A stretch of DNA of 61,104 nucleotides from assembly GCA_027347685.1 (NCBI GenBank), contig DAIEQM010000044.1, positions 1 to 61,104 on the forward strand, in the 5' to 3' direction. The notes below the pieces were generated by a model. That model made no database searches. It had not been told where the DNA came from and worked only from the letters and a program-made list of their open reading frames with translations. The position numbers were made by a program, and so were the translations under genes. Below are positions 1 through 9,459 of the stretch, one piece after another; positions within the stretch are counted from its first letter, which is position 1, and each line of letters starts with the position of its first letter. This stretch comes from Candidatus Woesebacteria bacterium. GTDB taxonomy: Bacteria > Patescibacteriota > Microgenomatia > UBA8517.

Positions 1-375
1 AAAGCCCTTTCAACGGTGACGAGTAAAATAAAGGATGAACAACTTGGTATTGATATCGTGTACGATTCACTGGAAGAGCCGTTAAGGTGGCTCGTTCGAA
101 ATGCAGGTGAAGATGATGGGTATGTATTAAAGAAAATAGAAGAAAACAAAGATCAAGATTTTGGATATAACGTATTGACCGGAGAATTTGGCTCAATGCT
201 TAAATTTGGACTTCTTGATCCACTCAAAGTAACCCGAAGTGGGCTTCAAAATGCATCAAGTATCGCCATGATGGTGCTCACAACTGAAGCTTTGATTTCT
301 GAAATCCCAGAACCAAAATCAACTGCTCCTGCAATGGGCGGTGGAATGCCGGGAATGGGCGGAATGGATTATTAA
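1..375 (+). CDS. groEL: Chaperonin GroEL, C-terminal part (5'-truncated by window edge)
   Basis: GLLDPLKVTRSGLQNASSIAMMVLTTE motif and GGMPGMGGMDY tail; frame open from position 1. Confidence 0.97.
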   Translation, partial: KALSTVTSKIKDEQLGIDIVYDSLEEPLRWLVRNAGEDDGYVLKKIEENKDQDFGYNVLTGEFGSMLKFGLLDPLKVTRSGLQNASSIAMMVLTTEALISEIPEPKSTAPAMGGGMPGMGGMDY

Positions 376-414
376 CTTCTTGTAATCGCTCATAAGTAAT
401 AGGTACAATGAGTT

Positions 415-1152
415 ATGCCCGCAAAACGTCGCCGACCAGTGGTCGAAGAAGTTATTGAAACTCCTGTAGCACCTGAGCCCAAGGCTCATACTTCTGTCTC
501 GAGTACTGTTGTAGAACATGAAGCTCGCAAGAAAGTTCGTGTGCAAGAAGAGGTACCAGTTGAGACCCAAATTGAGGTGGCGACGTACGACGAACCCCCA
601 CTCCTCGAGCACGTTCAGACTCCTCTGCATGCGGAAGCTGCCGCACGAGAACTTTTGTCGAGAGACACACCTCCTTCTCGAGGTCCCAATATGAAACTTA
701 TCTTTTTAGTAACCATTATCACAGCACTTGTCGTCGGTTTTATCGCAGGGGGAGTATATGTGTATGTCAGTGGAGTTTCCAATAATACGGTTTCAGAGAG
801 TACCCCAACCCCTTCTCCAGTACTTACTGAAACGACTCCAACGGCGAAACCATCACCCACGCCAACAGTGGTGCCTGATTCTTACAAGGTAAGCGTTTTA
901 AATGGAAGTGGAGTAATTGGAGCTGCCGGCAAAGTAAAATCATCCCTGGAATCAAGTGGCTTCAAAGTGACTGGCACCGGAAACGCGGTGAATTATAACT
1001 TTAAGAATACCGTTGTCCAAGTGAAAGCTTCTGTTCCGGCTGGTGCAGTGGACCTTATTAAAAAAGCACTCAAAGACTATGTTGTTGAAGATGGTGACCC
1101 GCTTCCTGCCTCAAGCACTTTTGATATTGTGGTAACCGCAGGAAAAGAATAG
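415..1152 (+). CDS. Single-TM protein with Thr/Pro linker and LytR C-terminal (LytR_C) domain
   Basis: TM helix, TPTPS linker, VSVLNGSGVIGAAG...GNA...DIVVTAG pattern of LytR_C. Confidence 0.85.
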   Translation: MPAKRRRPVVEEVIETPVAPEPKAHTSVSSTVVEHEARKKVRVQEEVPVETQIEVATYDEPPLLEHVQTPLHAEAAARELLSRDTPPSRGPNMKLIFLVTIITALVVGFIAGGVYVYVSGVSNNTVSESTPTPSPVLTETTPTAKPSPTPTVVPDSYKVSVLNGSGVIGAAGKVKSSLESSGFKVTGTGNAVNYNFKNTVVQVKASVPAGAVDLIKKALKDYVVEDGDPLPASSTFDIVVTAGKE

Positions 1153-1848
1153 TTATTTAAAAGGGGGAAGCACGCGGAGCGGATTAACGGTACTTCCGTT
1201 TTCTCTCACTTCAAGATGTAAGTGGGGGCCTGTGCTGTGGCCAGTTGTACCGATTAATCCCAATACGGTATCTAAGTTCACTGATTGTCCTTCTTTCACG
1301 AGAATTTTGCTCATGTGAGCGTACACAGTTTCAATTCCGCCTCCATGGTCGACCATAACCACGTTTCCGTAGCCTACTCGAGAAAAACCAGCCTCAACGA
1401 CAGTTCCCACCATTATTGGCTTGATAGGGTCTCCAATCGTTCCTTTTAAATCAACTCCAGGGTGATAACTAAAATATCCTTGATTTATGTGCATTGTGGT
1501 GAGCGGTTCTTGAATTCCGTGCTCAGTATTTAAGACTATTGGGGTGGTAGCCATATTAATAGTCACATTTCCATTTATAAAGTTACTTGCTGAGGCTGGA
1601 ATGACACCATGGAGCATGGTTCCTGCAATTGCTGCCACAGCCAAATTGCGACTTAACACCTTGTGAATGTTTTCGTGCTCAAACATGTGTCTAAAGAAAC
1701 GAGAAAGCTTGTTTCCATTTCTCCAGCTTTTGATATCTTTGAGGCGGGGAATAAAGTTTTTTTGTTCCACGAGAAGAAGCTCGCGCCGTTTGACCATATT
1801 AAGGTCGATTCGGTACCTCAGGGGCAGATTGAGGGAAAGTTTACTCAT
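1153..1848 (-). CDS. M23 family metallo-endopeptidase
   Basis: HPGVD (HxxxD), YAH and HSTGPHLHLE (HxH) motifs. Confidence 0.93.
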   Translation of the reverse strand: MSKLSLNLPLRYRIDLNMVKRRELLLVEQKNFIPRLKDIKSWRNGNKLSRFFRHMFEHENIHKVLSRNLAVAAIAGTMLHGVIPASASNFINGNVTINMATTPIVLNTEHGIQEPLTTMHINQGYFSYHPGVDLKGTIGDPIKPIMVGTVVEAGFSRVGYGNVVMVDHGGGIETVYAHMSKILVKEGQSVNLDTVLGLIGTTGHSTGPHLHLEVRENGSTVNPLRVLPPFK

Positions 1849-1938
1849 ATTTTGCCCTCGTTAAGAGGACTAAGAACATGGGTTCCTACGCACAATTTCG
1901 GTGAAAAAAAACACTCACCAAATGTGAGCAGTGCAAGA

Positions 1939-1967
1939 AGTATATGTGAAAGAGGTAAGAAAGTCAA
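1939..1967 (-). promoter_or_regulatory. sigma70 promoter of the M23 gene
   Basis: TTGACT-17 nt-TATACT on the minus strand, leaving a leader of about 85 nt. Confidence 0.65.
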
Positions 1968-1987
1968 GTTTCCTGTACTATACAAGG

Positions 1988-3520
1988 ATGAGAAGACATG
2001 TATTGTTTTTGGGAGGAATTCTCGTTGTTTCGTTGTTTTGTTTAAAAGCACTCTTTCCCTCTGGACTCTTTACTGCTCATGATATTTGGCACCAAGTTGC
2101 ACGACTGTATTGGTATAACGAATCTGTTTTACAAGGCGTTTTCCCTCCCCATTGGATTGCCCCAATGGCAAACGGATTTGGGTACCCGTTATTTGTATTT
2201 AGTTACCATTTTCCATGGATGGTGGGGCTTCCATTTTTATTTCTCGGAGTTTCAATTGAGTCGACAATAAAAATTTTGTTTTTTATTTCCTTTCTTTTTT
2301 CGGGATGGGGGATGTACTGGTGTTCATATCTCTTTACAAAGAGCAGATTCGCCTCTGTAACTTCAGCAATTTTGTATGTAGTTGCGCCATGGCGATTTGT
2401 AACAATATTTGTATCAGCTGCCATGGGGAGAGCGTTTGTCTTTATGGTATTGCCCGTTATTGTGGTGAGTTTGTATTATCTTTCCAAGAATAAAAAAGTC
2501 TTGTTGCCACTAGTTTTGTTCAGTCTGACAATGTCTGCCCTTATCTTGTCACACCTTATTTCTATTATTACTTCTGTTGTCGTTGTTATACCATTTGCAT
2601 GGTATCTAAAGACATCACTCAAAAAGTTGATTGTATCTGGTGGCATTACGGTGGGGCTCACCTGGTGGTATTTGTACCCGGTATTTGTTTTGAGTAAATC
2701 TATTCAGGCTTCTACAGGGCAGTTTAAAACGCTCTACTTAAGCCAGTTTGTAAATTTTAAACAGCTTCTGTATTCACCATGGGGATATGGCATTGTTGAA
2801 CAGAGCGCTAAAGAAGGACCCTTTTCGTATCAACTCGGAATTGCTCAATGGATTGTTATGATCGCTTCATTTTTGTTCATCATAAAAATATTTCGCCTAA
2901 AAGCGAAAGATAGAAATCTTATTTTGTTTCTCTTCCTTGCATTTGTCCTGAGTATTTTTTTGATGCTTGATGGTTCGATACCGATTTGGAAGTTGGCTTC
3001 TCGTTTTGCGAGCTTTGACTATCCAACAATGTTTCTTATGCCTGCACTTTTTATTTCATCTTTTCTTGCAGCGGTTTTGCTTGTTGAATGTAAGAAGGCT
3101 CGATTTGTGGTGGGATTTTTTCTCGTTTTGGTAGCTTTTATAAATAACAGAAACTACATGAGAGTAAACCAATACCTGCATCCGAATGTTGAAGATGTTG
3201 TTGCCGCTGAAATAACTACCAATACATTTAATGAATATTTACCTCTAACCGCTGATACACAGGGTATGATAAAAAACACCACCCCCGACATTGATGGAGA
3301 AGGACTTCTTCAGCTACATGTTGCGAGAACTTCCACTCAACTTGTGGCAAGTTTTGAGAAAAGGGTAACAGGAGAGGTGACATTAAAAGTATTTGGTTTT
3401 TCAGGATTAAAAGTGCTTCTCGATGGTACGATATACCATTACAAAATAAATAACGCAGGGCTCGTTACTGTAGTTGTTGAGCCTGGGTATCACAAAATAA
3501 TAGTTTTTTACGAACAATAA
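1988..3520 (+). CDS. Polytopic membrane protein, GT-C-like ('6-pyruvoyl-tetrahydropterin synthase-related' membrane family)
   Basis: HD..H..R, W......G.GYP.F motifs and many TM segments; start moved to ATG 1988. Confidence 0.7.
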   Translation: MRRHVLFLGGILVVSLFCLKALFPSGLFTAHDIWHQVARLYWYNESVLQGVFPPHWIAPMANGFGYPLFVFSYHFPWMVGLPFLFLGVSIESTIKILFFISFLFSGWGMYWCSYLFTKSRFASVTSAILYVVAPWRFVTIFVSAAMGRAFVFMVLPVIVVSLYYLSKNKKVLLPLVLFSLTMSALILSHLISIITSVVVVIPFAWYLKTSLKKLIVSGGITVGLTWWYLYPVFVLSKSIQASTGQFKTLYLSQFVNFKQLLYSPWGYGIVEQSAKEGPFSYQLGIAQWIVMIASFLFIIKIFRLKAKDRNLILFLFLAFVLSIFLMLDGSIPIWKLASRFASFDYPTMFLMPALFISSFLAAVLLVECKKARFVVGFFLVLVAFINNRNYMRVNQYLHPNVEDVVAAEITTNTFNEYLPLTADTQGMIKNTTPDIDGEGLLQLHVARTSTQLVASFEKRVTGEVTLKVFGFSGLKVLLDGTIYHYKINNAGLVTVVVEPGYHKIIVFYEQ

Positions 3521-3541
3521 AAAGTGATACTCTAAAATAGA

Positions 3542-5068
3542 ATGCTTACGACAATTCTTTCAGCAGCCCACTCAGGACTGGAGACTATTGCGATTGAAGT
3601 CGAAGTAAATGTATTCACCAAAGGTTTCCCAGGGATTACGATAATTGGCCTCCCAAACAAAGCAATTGAAGAAGCGAAAGAACGAGTAAAAACTGCCATA
3701 ACAAATTCAGGTTTTGAGTTTCCTCAAAGTAAAATTATCATAAATTTGGCACCTGCAGATATTCCAAAAGAGGGGAGCTGCTATGATCTTCCAATAGCTG
3801 TTGGCATTCTTCATGCAATGGGAGTTGTACAGCTTCCAAAGGAAAAGTCATTTTTTTATGGAGAACTGTCACTGGACGGAAGTTTGAGACATACCAAAGG
3901 AGTACTTCTTCTTGCTCTTTCTGCGAAACAACATTCTGTAAAAGAGTTGTATGTTCCACTCCCCAGTTCACAAGAGGGGGCAGTTGTGTCGAATGTCTCT
4001 GTCTTTCCCGTCGCGAGTTTGCATGAATTGGTCCTTCACTTAAATGGGTCTAAAAAAATAGCAAAAGCGCTGATTAAGCCCGGAAACACTGAATCTGAAA
4101 GATTAGTCGCAGAGTTTGATTTTAATGAAATTATTGGACAAAATCATGCCAAGCGCGCACTGACTATCGCTGCTGCTGGTGGGCACAATTTATTTATGCA
4201 GGGCCCTCCTGGATCGGGAAAGACAATGCTCGCTCGGGCTGTGGCAGGTATCCTTCCTCCACTATCGCCTGAAGAAAGCTTAGAGGTAACCAAAATCTAC
4301 TCGGTAACTGGAAATATTCCTCCTGGTGGCTCGCTTATTTGGGCGCGGCCATTTCGAATTTCTCACCACACAACAAGCAGAATAGGTCTTATTGGCGGAG
4401 GAAGTAAACCTCATCCTGGCGAGATTTCTCTCGCACATTGCGGAGTGTTGTTTCTCGATGAATTCCCTGAGTTTGCAAGGAGTACTCTTGAATCACTTCG
4501 TCAACCAATGGAAGATGGTGAAGTTACAGTAACCCGTGCTGCGGGCACGCTGAAATTCCCGGCAGACTTTATGTTAATTGCGGCGGCAAATCCGTGCCCC
4601 TGTGGGTATTTGGGTGATCCGAAAAGGGAATGCACCTGTTCTCCACGAATGATTATGAAATACCAAAGCAAACTATCAGGTCCCCTCATGGACCGAATAG
4701 ACTTGCATGTATCGGTGCCAGTCGTTGAAGCGGATAAACTTATAGAGCATAAAGATGTTGAGACTGTAAGTAGTGCAAAAATACGCGAAAGAATTATAAA
4801 AGCCCGAGAAGTTCAGTATAAAAGATTATCAAAGTCCGGCATTTATATGAATGGTTCGATGAAAAACAAGCACATCTCCGATTTTGTTCAGTTAACAACA
4901 AAGGCTTCTCAGCTCTTAAAGCAAGCTGTAAATGCTTATAATCTTTCAACACGCACGTATTTCCGACTGATTAAAGTTTCTCAAACCATTGCAGACTTGG
5001 AGGCAGCCGACGCAGTCACAGAAACTCATGTGGCTGAAGCGCTCCAGTATCGTGTGCGTGTGGAATAA
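3542..5068 (+). CDS. comM: YifB/ComM Mg-chelatase-like AAA+ helicase
   Basis: INLAPAD, YDLPIA, GPPGSGKTMLA, PGEISLAH.GVLFLDEFPEF, NPCPCGY. Confidence 0.96.
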   Translation: MLTTILSAAHSGLETIAIEVEVNVFTKGFPGITIIGLPNKAIEEAKERVKTAITNSGFEFPQSKIIINLAPADIPKEGSCYDLPIAVGILHAMGVVQLPKEKSFFYGELSLDGSLRHTKGVLLLALSAKQHSVKELYVPLPSSQEGAVVSNVSVFPVASLHELVLHLNGSKKIAKALIKPGNTESERLVAEFDFNEIIGQNHAKRALTIAAAGGHNLFMQGPPGSGKTMLARAVAGILPPLSPEESLEVTKIYSVTGNIPPGGSLIWARPFRISHHTTSRIGLIGGGSKPHPGEISLAHCGVLFLDEFPEFARSTLESLRQPMEDGEVTVTRAAGTLKFPADFMLIAAANPCPCGYLGDPKRECTCSPRMIMKYQSKLSGPLMDRIDLHVSVPVVEADKLIEHKDVETVSSAKIRERIIKAREVQYKRLSKSGIYMNGSMKNKHISDFVQLTTKASQLLKQAVNAYNLSTRTYFRLIKVSQTIADLEAADAVTETHVAEALQYRVRVE

Positions 5069-5073
5069 CGATC

Positions 5074-5439
5074 ATGAAGCAACAAAATTTTTCAAAAGGT
5101 CGTACTGGAGAAATGATTGCGGCGCAATACTTAAAAAGACACGGCTTTGAGGTCATTGAGCAAAACTGGCATACAAAGTTTGGTGAGATCGATATTGTTG
5201 CGAAACAGAACAAAACACTCGTCTTTGTTGAAGTAAAGCTCAAATTTGGTGACAAATTTGGTTCACCTGAAGAAATGATAACTAATGTAAAAATAAAGCA
5301 AGTTCTTATGAATGCGGAAGTATATTTGTTGACGCACCCAGAATTTGAGAATTACAAAAGGCGTATCGATGGCATCTGTATTGTTATGGAAGGGGAAACA
5401 GTTTCTCGCCTTACTCATTATGAAAACTTGTCAGCATGA
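5074..5439 (+). CDS. yraN: YraN family endonuclease (UPF0102)
   Basis: GE..AA.YL, GEIDIVA, LVFVEVK; adjacent to comM. Confidence 0.93.
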   Translation: MKQQNFSKGRTGEMIAAQYLKRHGFEVIEQNWHTKFGEIDIVAKQNKTLVFVEVKLKFGDKFGSPEEMITNVKIKQVLMNAEVYLLTHPEFENYKRRIDGICIVMEGETVSRLTHYENLSA

Positions 5440-6332
5440 AGAAAAATATTTTTGATATTCCCATCGAAGTAATTAAAAAGGGCACCAAAAAGTATCCTCA
5501 AGAGCTTCTCGATTTAACCGATCCTCCTCTCGAGCTTCGTGTTCGAGGAGCATTTGATGCTTCAATTTTTTCAAATGCTCTTGCTGTTGTCGGGAGCCGA
5601 AAGATGACTCGTTATGGTAAAGATCTTGTAGAAACGTTTGTAACTGCCTTGTCCTCTCGGAATCTTGTGGTTATTTCTGGGTTTATGTACGGCGTTGATA
5701 CTACCGCGCACCGTGCCGCAATAGAGGCTGGAGGAGTTACTATTGCAGTTCTTGCGCATGGACTCAACTATATATATCCGTCTGAAAATAAAGATCTCTA
5801 CCAACTAATTTTAGATAGTGGTGGGTGCCTTATTTCTGAATATCCAGACAGTTTTAAACCACAGTTGTGGACATATCCAAAAAGAAACCGGATTGTAGCC
5901 GCACTTGCGAAAAAAGGCACTTTGATCATTGAAGCGGCAGAGCAAAGTGGCAGTCTTATTACGGCATCATACGCAGATGCATTGAACAGGCCGCTTTTTG
6001 CGGTCCCTGGATCTGTTTTCTCCAAAACCTCAGAAGGCACAAATAGGCTTATAAAAGACGCTATTGCTCAAATGGTTTTGAGTATTGAGGATATTGTTCC
6101 GAGTTTTAATTCAGGCAGTGACATTGCACCGACTCTTTTTGAAGATATCAACAAGGATGAAAAAGCTTTATTAGCAGCACTCTCCTATGAAGAGATGAAT
6201 ATTGATGAGATTTCAATGAAAGTATCTAAAACGGTTACCGAAATTGGATCTCACCTTACCATGCTTTCTCTTCGAGGGATGGTAGAGGAGACAAACGGAG
6301 TATATCGAATAAGAACAGTAAAAAAGAAGTGA
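5436..6332 (+). CDS. dprA: DNA-processing protein DprA
   Basis: AVVGSR, ISG...GVD..AH, RNRIVA, EA..SGSLITA, C-terminal winged helix. Confidence 0.95.
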   Translation: MKKNIFDIPIEVIKKGTKKYPQELLDLTDPPLELRVRGAFDASIFSNALAVVGSRKMTRYGKDLVETFVTALSSRNLVVISGFMYGVDTTAHRAAIEAGGVTIAVLAHGLNYIYPSENKDLYQLILDSGGCLISEYPDSFKPQLWTYPKRNRIVAALAKKGTLIIEAAEQSGSLITASYADALNRPLFAVPGSVFSKTSEGTNRLIKDAIAQMVLSIEDIVPSFNSGSDIAPTLFEDINKDEKALLAALSYEEMNIDEISMKVSKTVTEIGSHLTMLSLRGMVEETNGVYRIRTVKKK

Positions 6333-6334
6333 CG

Positions 6335-6583
6335 TTAGTCTTGAGGAAGGTCTAAGTGAGGAGCATGCATTTTTACATTTTTGCTCCCACAAATTCTGCA
6401 TTCAAGCGGGTTGGCATCGGTCTCACATTGTTTGCAAATAAAGAGACCATCTACTTCTTTCACCTGATCGTGTGAGCACACATTACAAAGAAAGACGACA
6501 TCATCTTGTGAAATCTCTCCATCTGTTGGACAGATAAATTTGATTTTACTTTCCTTTTTCTCCTCGACGTTTGTATCAGACAT
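6335..6583 (-). CDS. Small Cys-rich putative double zinc-ribbon protein
   Basis: CPTD, CNVC, CKQC, CRIC; -10 box TACAAT 6 nt upstream of ATG. Confidence 0.7.
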   Translation of the reverse strand: MSDTNVEEKKESKIKFICPTDGEISQDDVVFLCNVCSHDQVKEVDGLFICKQCETDANPLECRICGSKNVKMHAPHLDLPQD

Positions 6584-6614
6584 GAAAGTATTGTAGCATA
6601 ATGGTGCCTACAAG

Positions 6615-7493
6615 ATGAAGAGTGTAACGAAAGCAATTATTCCTGTCGCCGGATTTGGCACACGCTTTTTGCCTCAAACAAAAGCAATGCCCAAAGAGAT
6701 GCTGCCTATTGTTGATAAACCAACAGTTCAGCTTATTGTTGAGCAATTTGTGAAAGCAGGAATCCGTGACGTTGTACTCGTCACAGGCTGGCATAAACGG
6801 GCCATTGAGGATCATTTTGACACTCATCCAGAACTTGAAGCACTTCTCCGGGAGACGGGAAAAGACAAACTTTTGTCTGAAATTCAATCAATTACCAATC
6901 TTGCGAACTTTATCTTTGTGAGACAAAAAGGGCCGAGAGGAAATGCAACTCCTATTAGCAATGCCCTTTCTGTAATTGGGGACAATGAGCCGTATTTAGT
7001 TTCATGGGGGGACGACATTCTCATATCTGACCCTCCAATGGCACAGCAGCTCATTGAAACATACCAAAAATATAATGGAATTGTTTTGGGGAGTATGAAA
7101 ATGGTGAGTCCTGAGGATGGGAAGAAGTATGGATTTGCCGTTGGGCCAGAAGTGGAAGAAGGAGTTATTGAAGTCACCGAAATTGTTGAAAAACCAGGGG
7201 AAGGAAAAGCTCCTTCAACATATGCAACGCTTGCAGGCTTTTTGTTTACTCCTGAAATAAATCCATATTTACGGCAGGTTGTGCAAGACATCAAAGGAAG
7301 GGAGCCAAACTATATTGACGCGCTGTCTCGACTTATTCACGATAAAAAGAAAAAAGTATATGCGAAGCAATTTTCGAATGCACAGTATTTTGACACGGGG
7401 AGTAAGCTTGGATATTTAAAGGCCGTTGTGGAATTTGGAGCACAACACCCAGAAGTAGGCGAAGAATTTACAAAATACCTCAAAAATCGCTAG
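6615..7493 (+). CDS. galU: UTP--glucose-1-phosphate uridylyltransferase
   Basis: KAIIPVAGFGTRFLPQTKAMPKEMLPIVDKP, IVEKP, FDTG. Confidence 0.93.
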   Translation: MKSVTKAIIPVAGFGTRFLPQTKAMPKEMLPIVDKPTVQLIVEQFVKAGIRDVVLVTGWHKRAIEDHFDTHPELEALLRETGKDKLLSEIQSITNLANFIFVRQKGPRGNATPISNALSVIGDNEPYLVSWGDDILISDPPMAQQLIETYQKYNGIVLGSMKMVSPEDGKKYGFAVGPEVEEGVIEVTEIVEKPGEGKAPSTYATLAGFLFTPEINPYLRQVVQDIKGREPNYIDALSRLIHDKKKKVYAKQFSNAQYFDTGSKLGYLKAVVEFGAQHPEVGEEFTKYLKNR

Positions 7494-7500
7494 GATTCGG

Positions 7501-7572
7501 AGGCCAGAGCGGGAATCGAACCCGCGCATGTCGGTTTTGCAGACCGAAGCGTTACCACTTCGCCATCTGGCC
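7501..7572 (-). tRNA. tRNA-Cys (GCA), CCA not encoded
   Basis: Reverse complement GGCCAGATGGCGAAGTGGTAACGCTTCGGTCT-GCA-AAACCGACATGCGCGGGTTCGATTCCCGCTCTGGCCT folds as a cloverleaf; U73 discriminator. Confidence 0.95.
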
Positions 7573-7605
7573 AAATATTCAGAGTTGTGTGCTATTGTAC
7601 CTAAA

Positions 7606-8361
7606 TTAGCGTCCCTTTACCAAGTGGGGAGCGCCGAATATGTTTATTGGGTCGTACCATGAGAGCCGTTTGCCTTGAATAATCCTGGTGACCGCGAGGA
7701 GACCTCCCATAACCAAGAGTCCAATATCTATTCCCATAAAGAAGTATGTGAAGCTGTTCACCCCACTGTTGAGAAAGATAAATACCCCCAATGCAATACT
7801 GCTTACGATGAGTGAAATCAAGAGAATCCCATTCGCATAGTTATCGATGGCGACAACAACACCCGTTACCACGCCATAAATAAAGAGTATCGGCCACAAG
7901 GCGATCGTGGTGTGTGTATTAAGTGCCGCTGCAATGAACCCCAAGTTTGCAAACGTACCCAAATATGAGGTGTAAATGATCGTGTGGCTGAGAGGTCCAT
8001 GGAGAAACCGAATAACTAAATATTTACGAGTAACAAATGTTTCAAAAAGAATTGACGTAATGTAAATTCCACTTCCGTAGAGAGCTGCGGCGAGAAACAA
8101 TACCTGAATAGACACTACAAAGATGGCTCTTTGTGTAAGCAACTGGCTTCCGTTCAATAGTGATTGCAAAATTATGACTTGGATCGCAGTTGCGGTGAAC
8201 ATCATGCAAAAATGCATTCCTGCAACACGAAAAATAGTCTTTTTAGAGTATTCATGTGGCTTATTAGATCGAGTCATCTTGCTTCTCAAATACAGATAGA
8301 AAGGGGAGAGCCCGATGCCAAGTGTGGCGAAAACTAAGAGAAATGCTTCTGCAATAATCAT
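7606..8361 (-). CDS. Hypothetical polytopic membrane protein
   Basis: 251-aa ORF with about 7-8 hydrophobic segments; GAGG SD before ATG. Confidence 0.7.
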   Translation of the reverse strand: MIIAEAFLLVFATLGIGLSPFYLYLRSKMTRSNKPHEYSKKTIFRVAGMHFCMMFTATAIQVIILQSLLNGSQLLTQRAIFVVSIQVLFLAAALYGSGIYITSILFETFVTRKYLVIRFLHGPLSHTIIYTSYLGTFANLGFIAAALNTHTTIALWPILFIYGVVTGVVVAIDNYANGILLISLIVSSIALGVFIFLNSGVNSFTYFFMGIDIGLLVMGGLLAVTRIIQGKRLSWYDPINIFGAPHLVKGR

Positions 8362-8576
8362 TTCCTCATTATGAAATAAAATATCTTAAAAAAGAACACC
8401 AATATTTTTTATTTTAGTAACAGGAGGAGGGGGATGATGGGGTATGATATAGTTGCGTGAAAATCGTAGTGTGAAAAATAGCACTATAGTATTTTGTGTG
8501 ATAACGAGCATACTGCCTTCTGTCTAAAGCAAACAACGATACCGAATCCATTAACCAAGTTGATACAATGTAACGT

Positions 8577-9416
8577 ATGAATAAAAAGCGCAAAACCATC
8601 CTCTTCTCTTTGGGAGGAGCAGCCATTTTGTTTGCGGTAATACTCGTGTTTATTATAGGTATTTCTCAAACAAAAGCCGAACTTCGGGTAGAGTCAAACG
8701 TTGAGTCAGACGTGTATGTTAATGGTGAACACATAGGGGTAACGCCGCTTACACACGAAACACTTGCCACAAAAACGTTATTAAAAGTAGTTCCTCATGA
8801 GAAAAATAGCGACTACCTCCCCTATGAGACAGCCCTCTCCCTCACTCCCCAGACTAAAACTATTGTGCGACACAACTTTAGTAGTGCGTTTTCTGGTACA
8901 ACCACCCAAATTATGTCATTGAAAAATGAAAGCAAAAACAGCTCTCCAATAACAATTGTTACAAACCCTGAATCTGCATATGTTTTTGTTAACAATGAAT
9001 ATATGGGCACTTCTCCACTCCGCATTGAGAAGCCACCTTCCACCTATTCTGTCCAAGTTATGCATACGGGCTTTCAAGCTATGCAAGTGACCCTTAAAAG
9101 TGTTCTCGGATACAACCTTACCGCGTTTTTAGACCTTGCCGCACAACCTGATGTCGACCGTAATACAAATCAATCGGCCTCTCGGGCACAACAGGGAACG
9201 TCTATTGTAACTATTTTGAAAACGCCAACAGGGTACGTTCGGGTGCACGAAAGTCCTCAGGAGTCAGCTCAGGAAATTTCTCGCGCGATAATTGGACGAG
9301 AATATCAGTTTGAAGCGTATTCTCCGCTTAAAGATTGGATTGAAATAAATCTAAATGCTTCAGAGTCCGGATGGATTTTGACCAAGTACGCAACAGTGAG
9401 TGCGTCAACGCGTTAA
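8577..9416 (+). CDS. PEGA-domain protein with C-terminal SH3b-like domain
   Basis: N-terminal TM, two V.VN....G.TPL/SPL PEGA repeats, TPTGYVRVH...WIEI...GWI. Confidence 0.85.
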   Translation: MNKKRKTILFSLGGAAILFAVILVFIIGISQTKAELRVESNVESDVYVNGEHIGVTPLTHETLATKTLLKVVPHEKNSDYLPYETALSLTPQTKTIVRHNFSSAFSGTTTQIMSLKNESKNSSPITIVTNPESAYVFVNNEYMGTSPLRIEKPPSTYSVQVMHTGFQAMQVTLKSVLGYNLTAFLDLAAQPDVDRNTNQSASRAQQGTSIVTILKTPTGYVRVHESPQESAQEISRAIIGREYQFEAYSPLKDWIEINLNASESGWILTKYATVSASTR

Positions 9417-9459
9417 GATGTCAGAATGCGGCTACATCGCCACTCCGCCGTAAAGCGGC

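Noticed and set aside
7498..7500. tRNA-Cys lacking encoded CCA, or tRNA as an integration site
   Set aside because: Non-encoded CCA is common; no duplicated 3' fragment or integrase found
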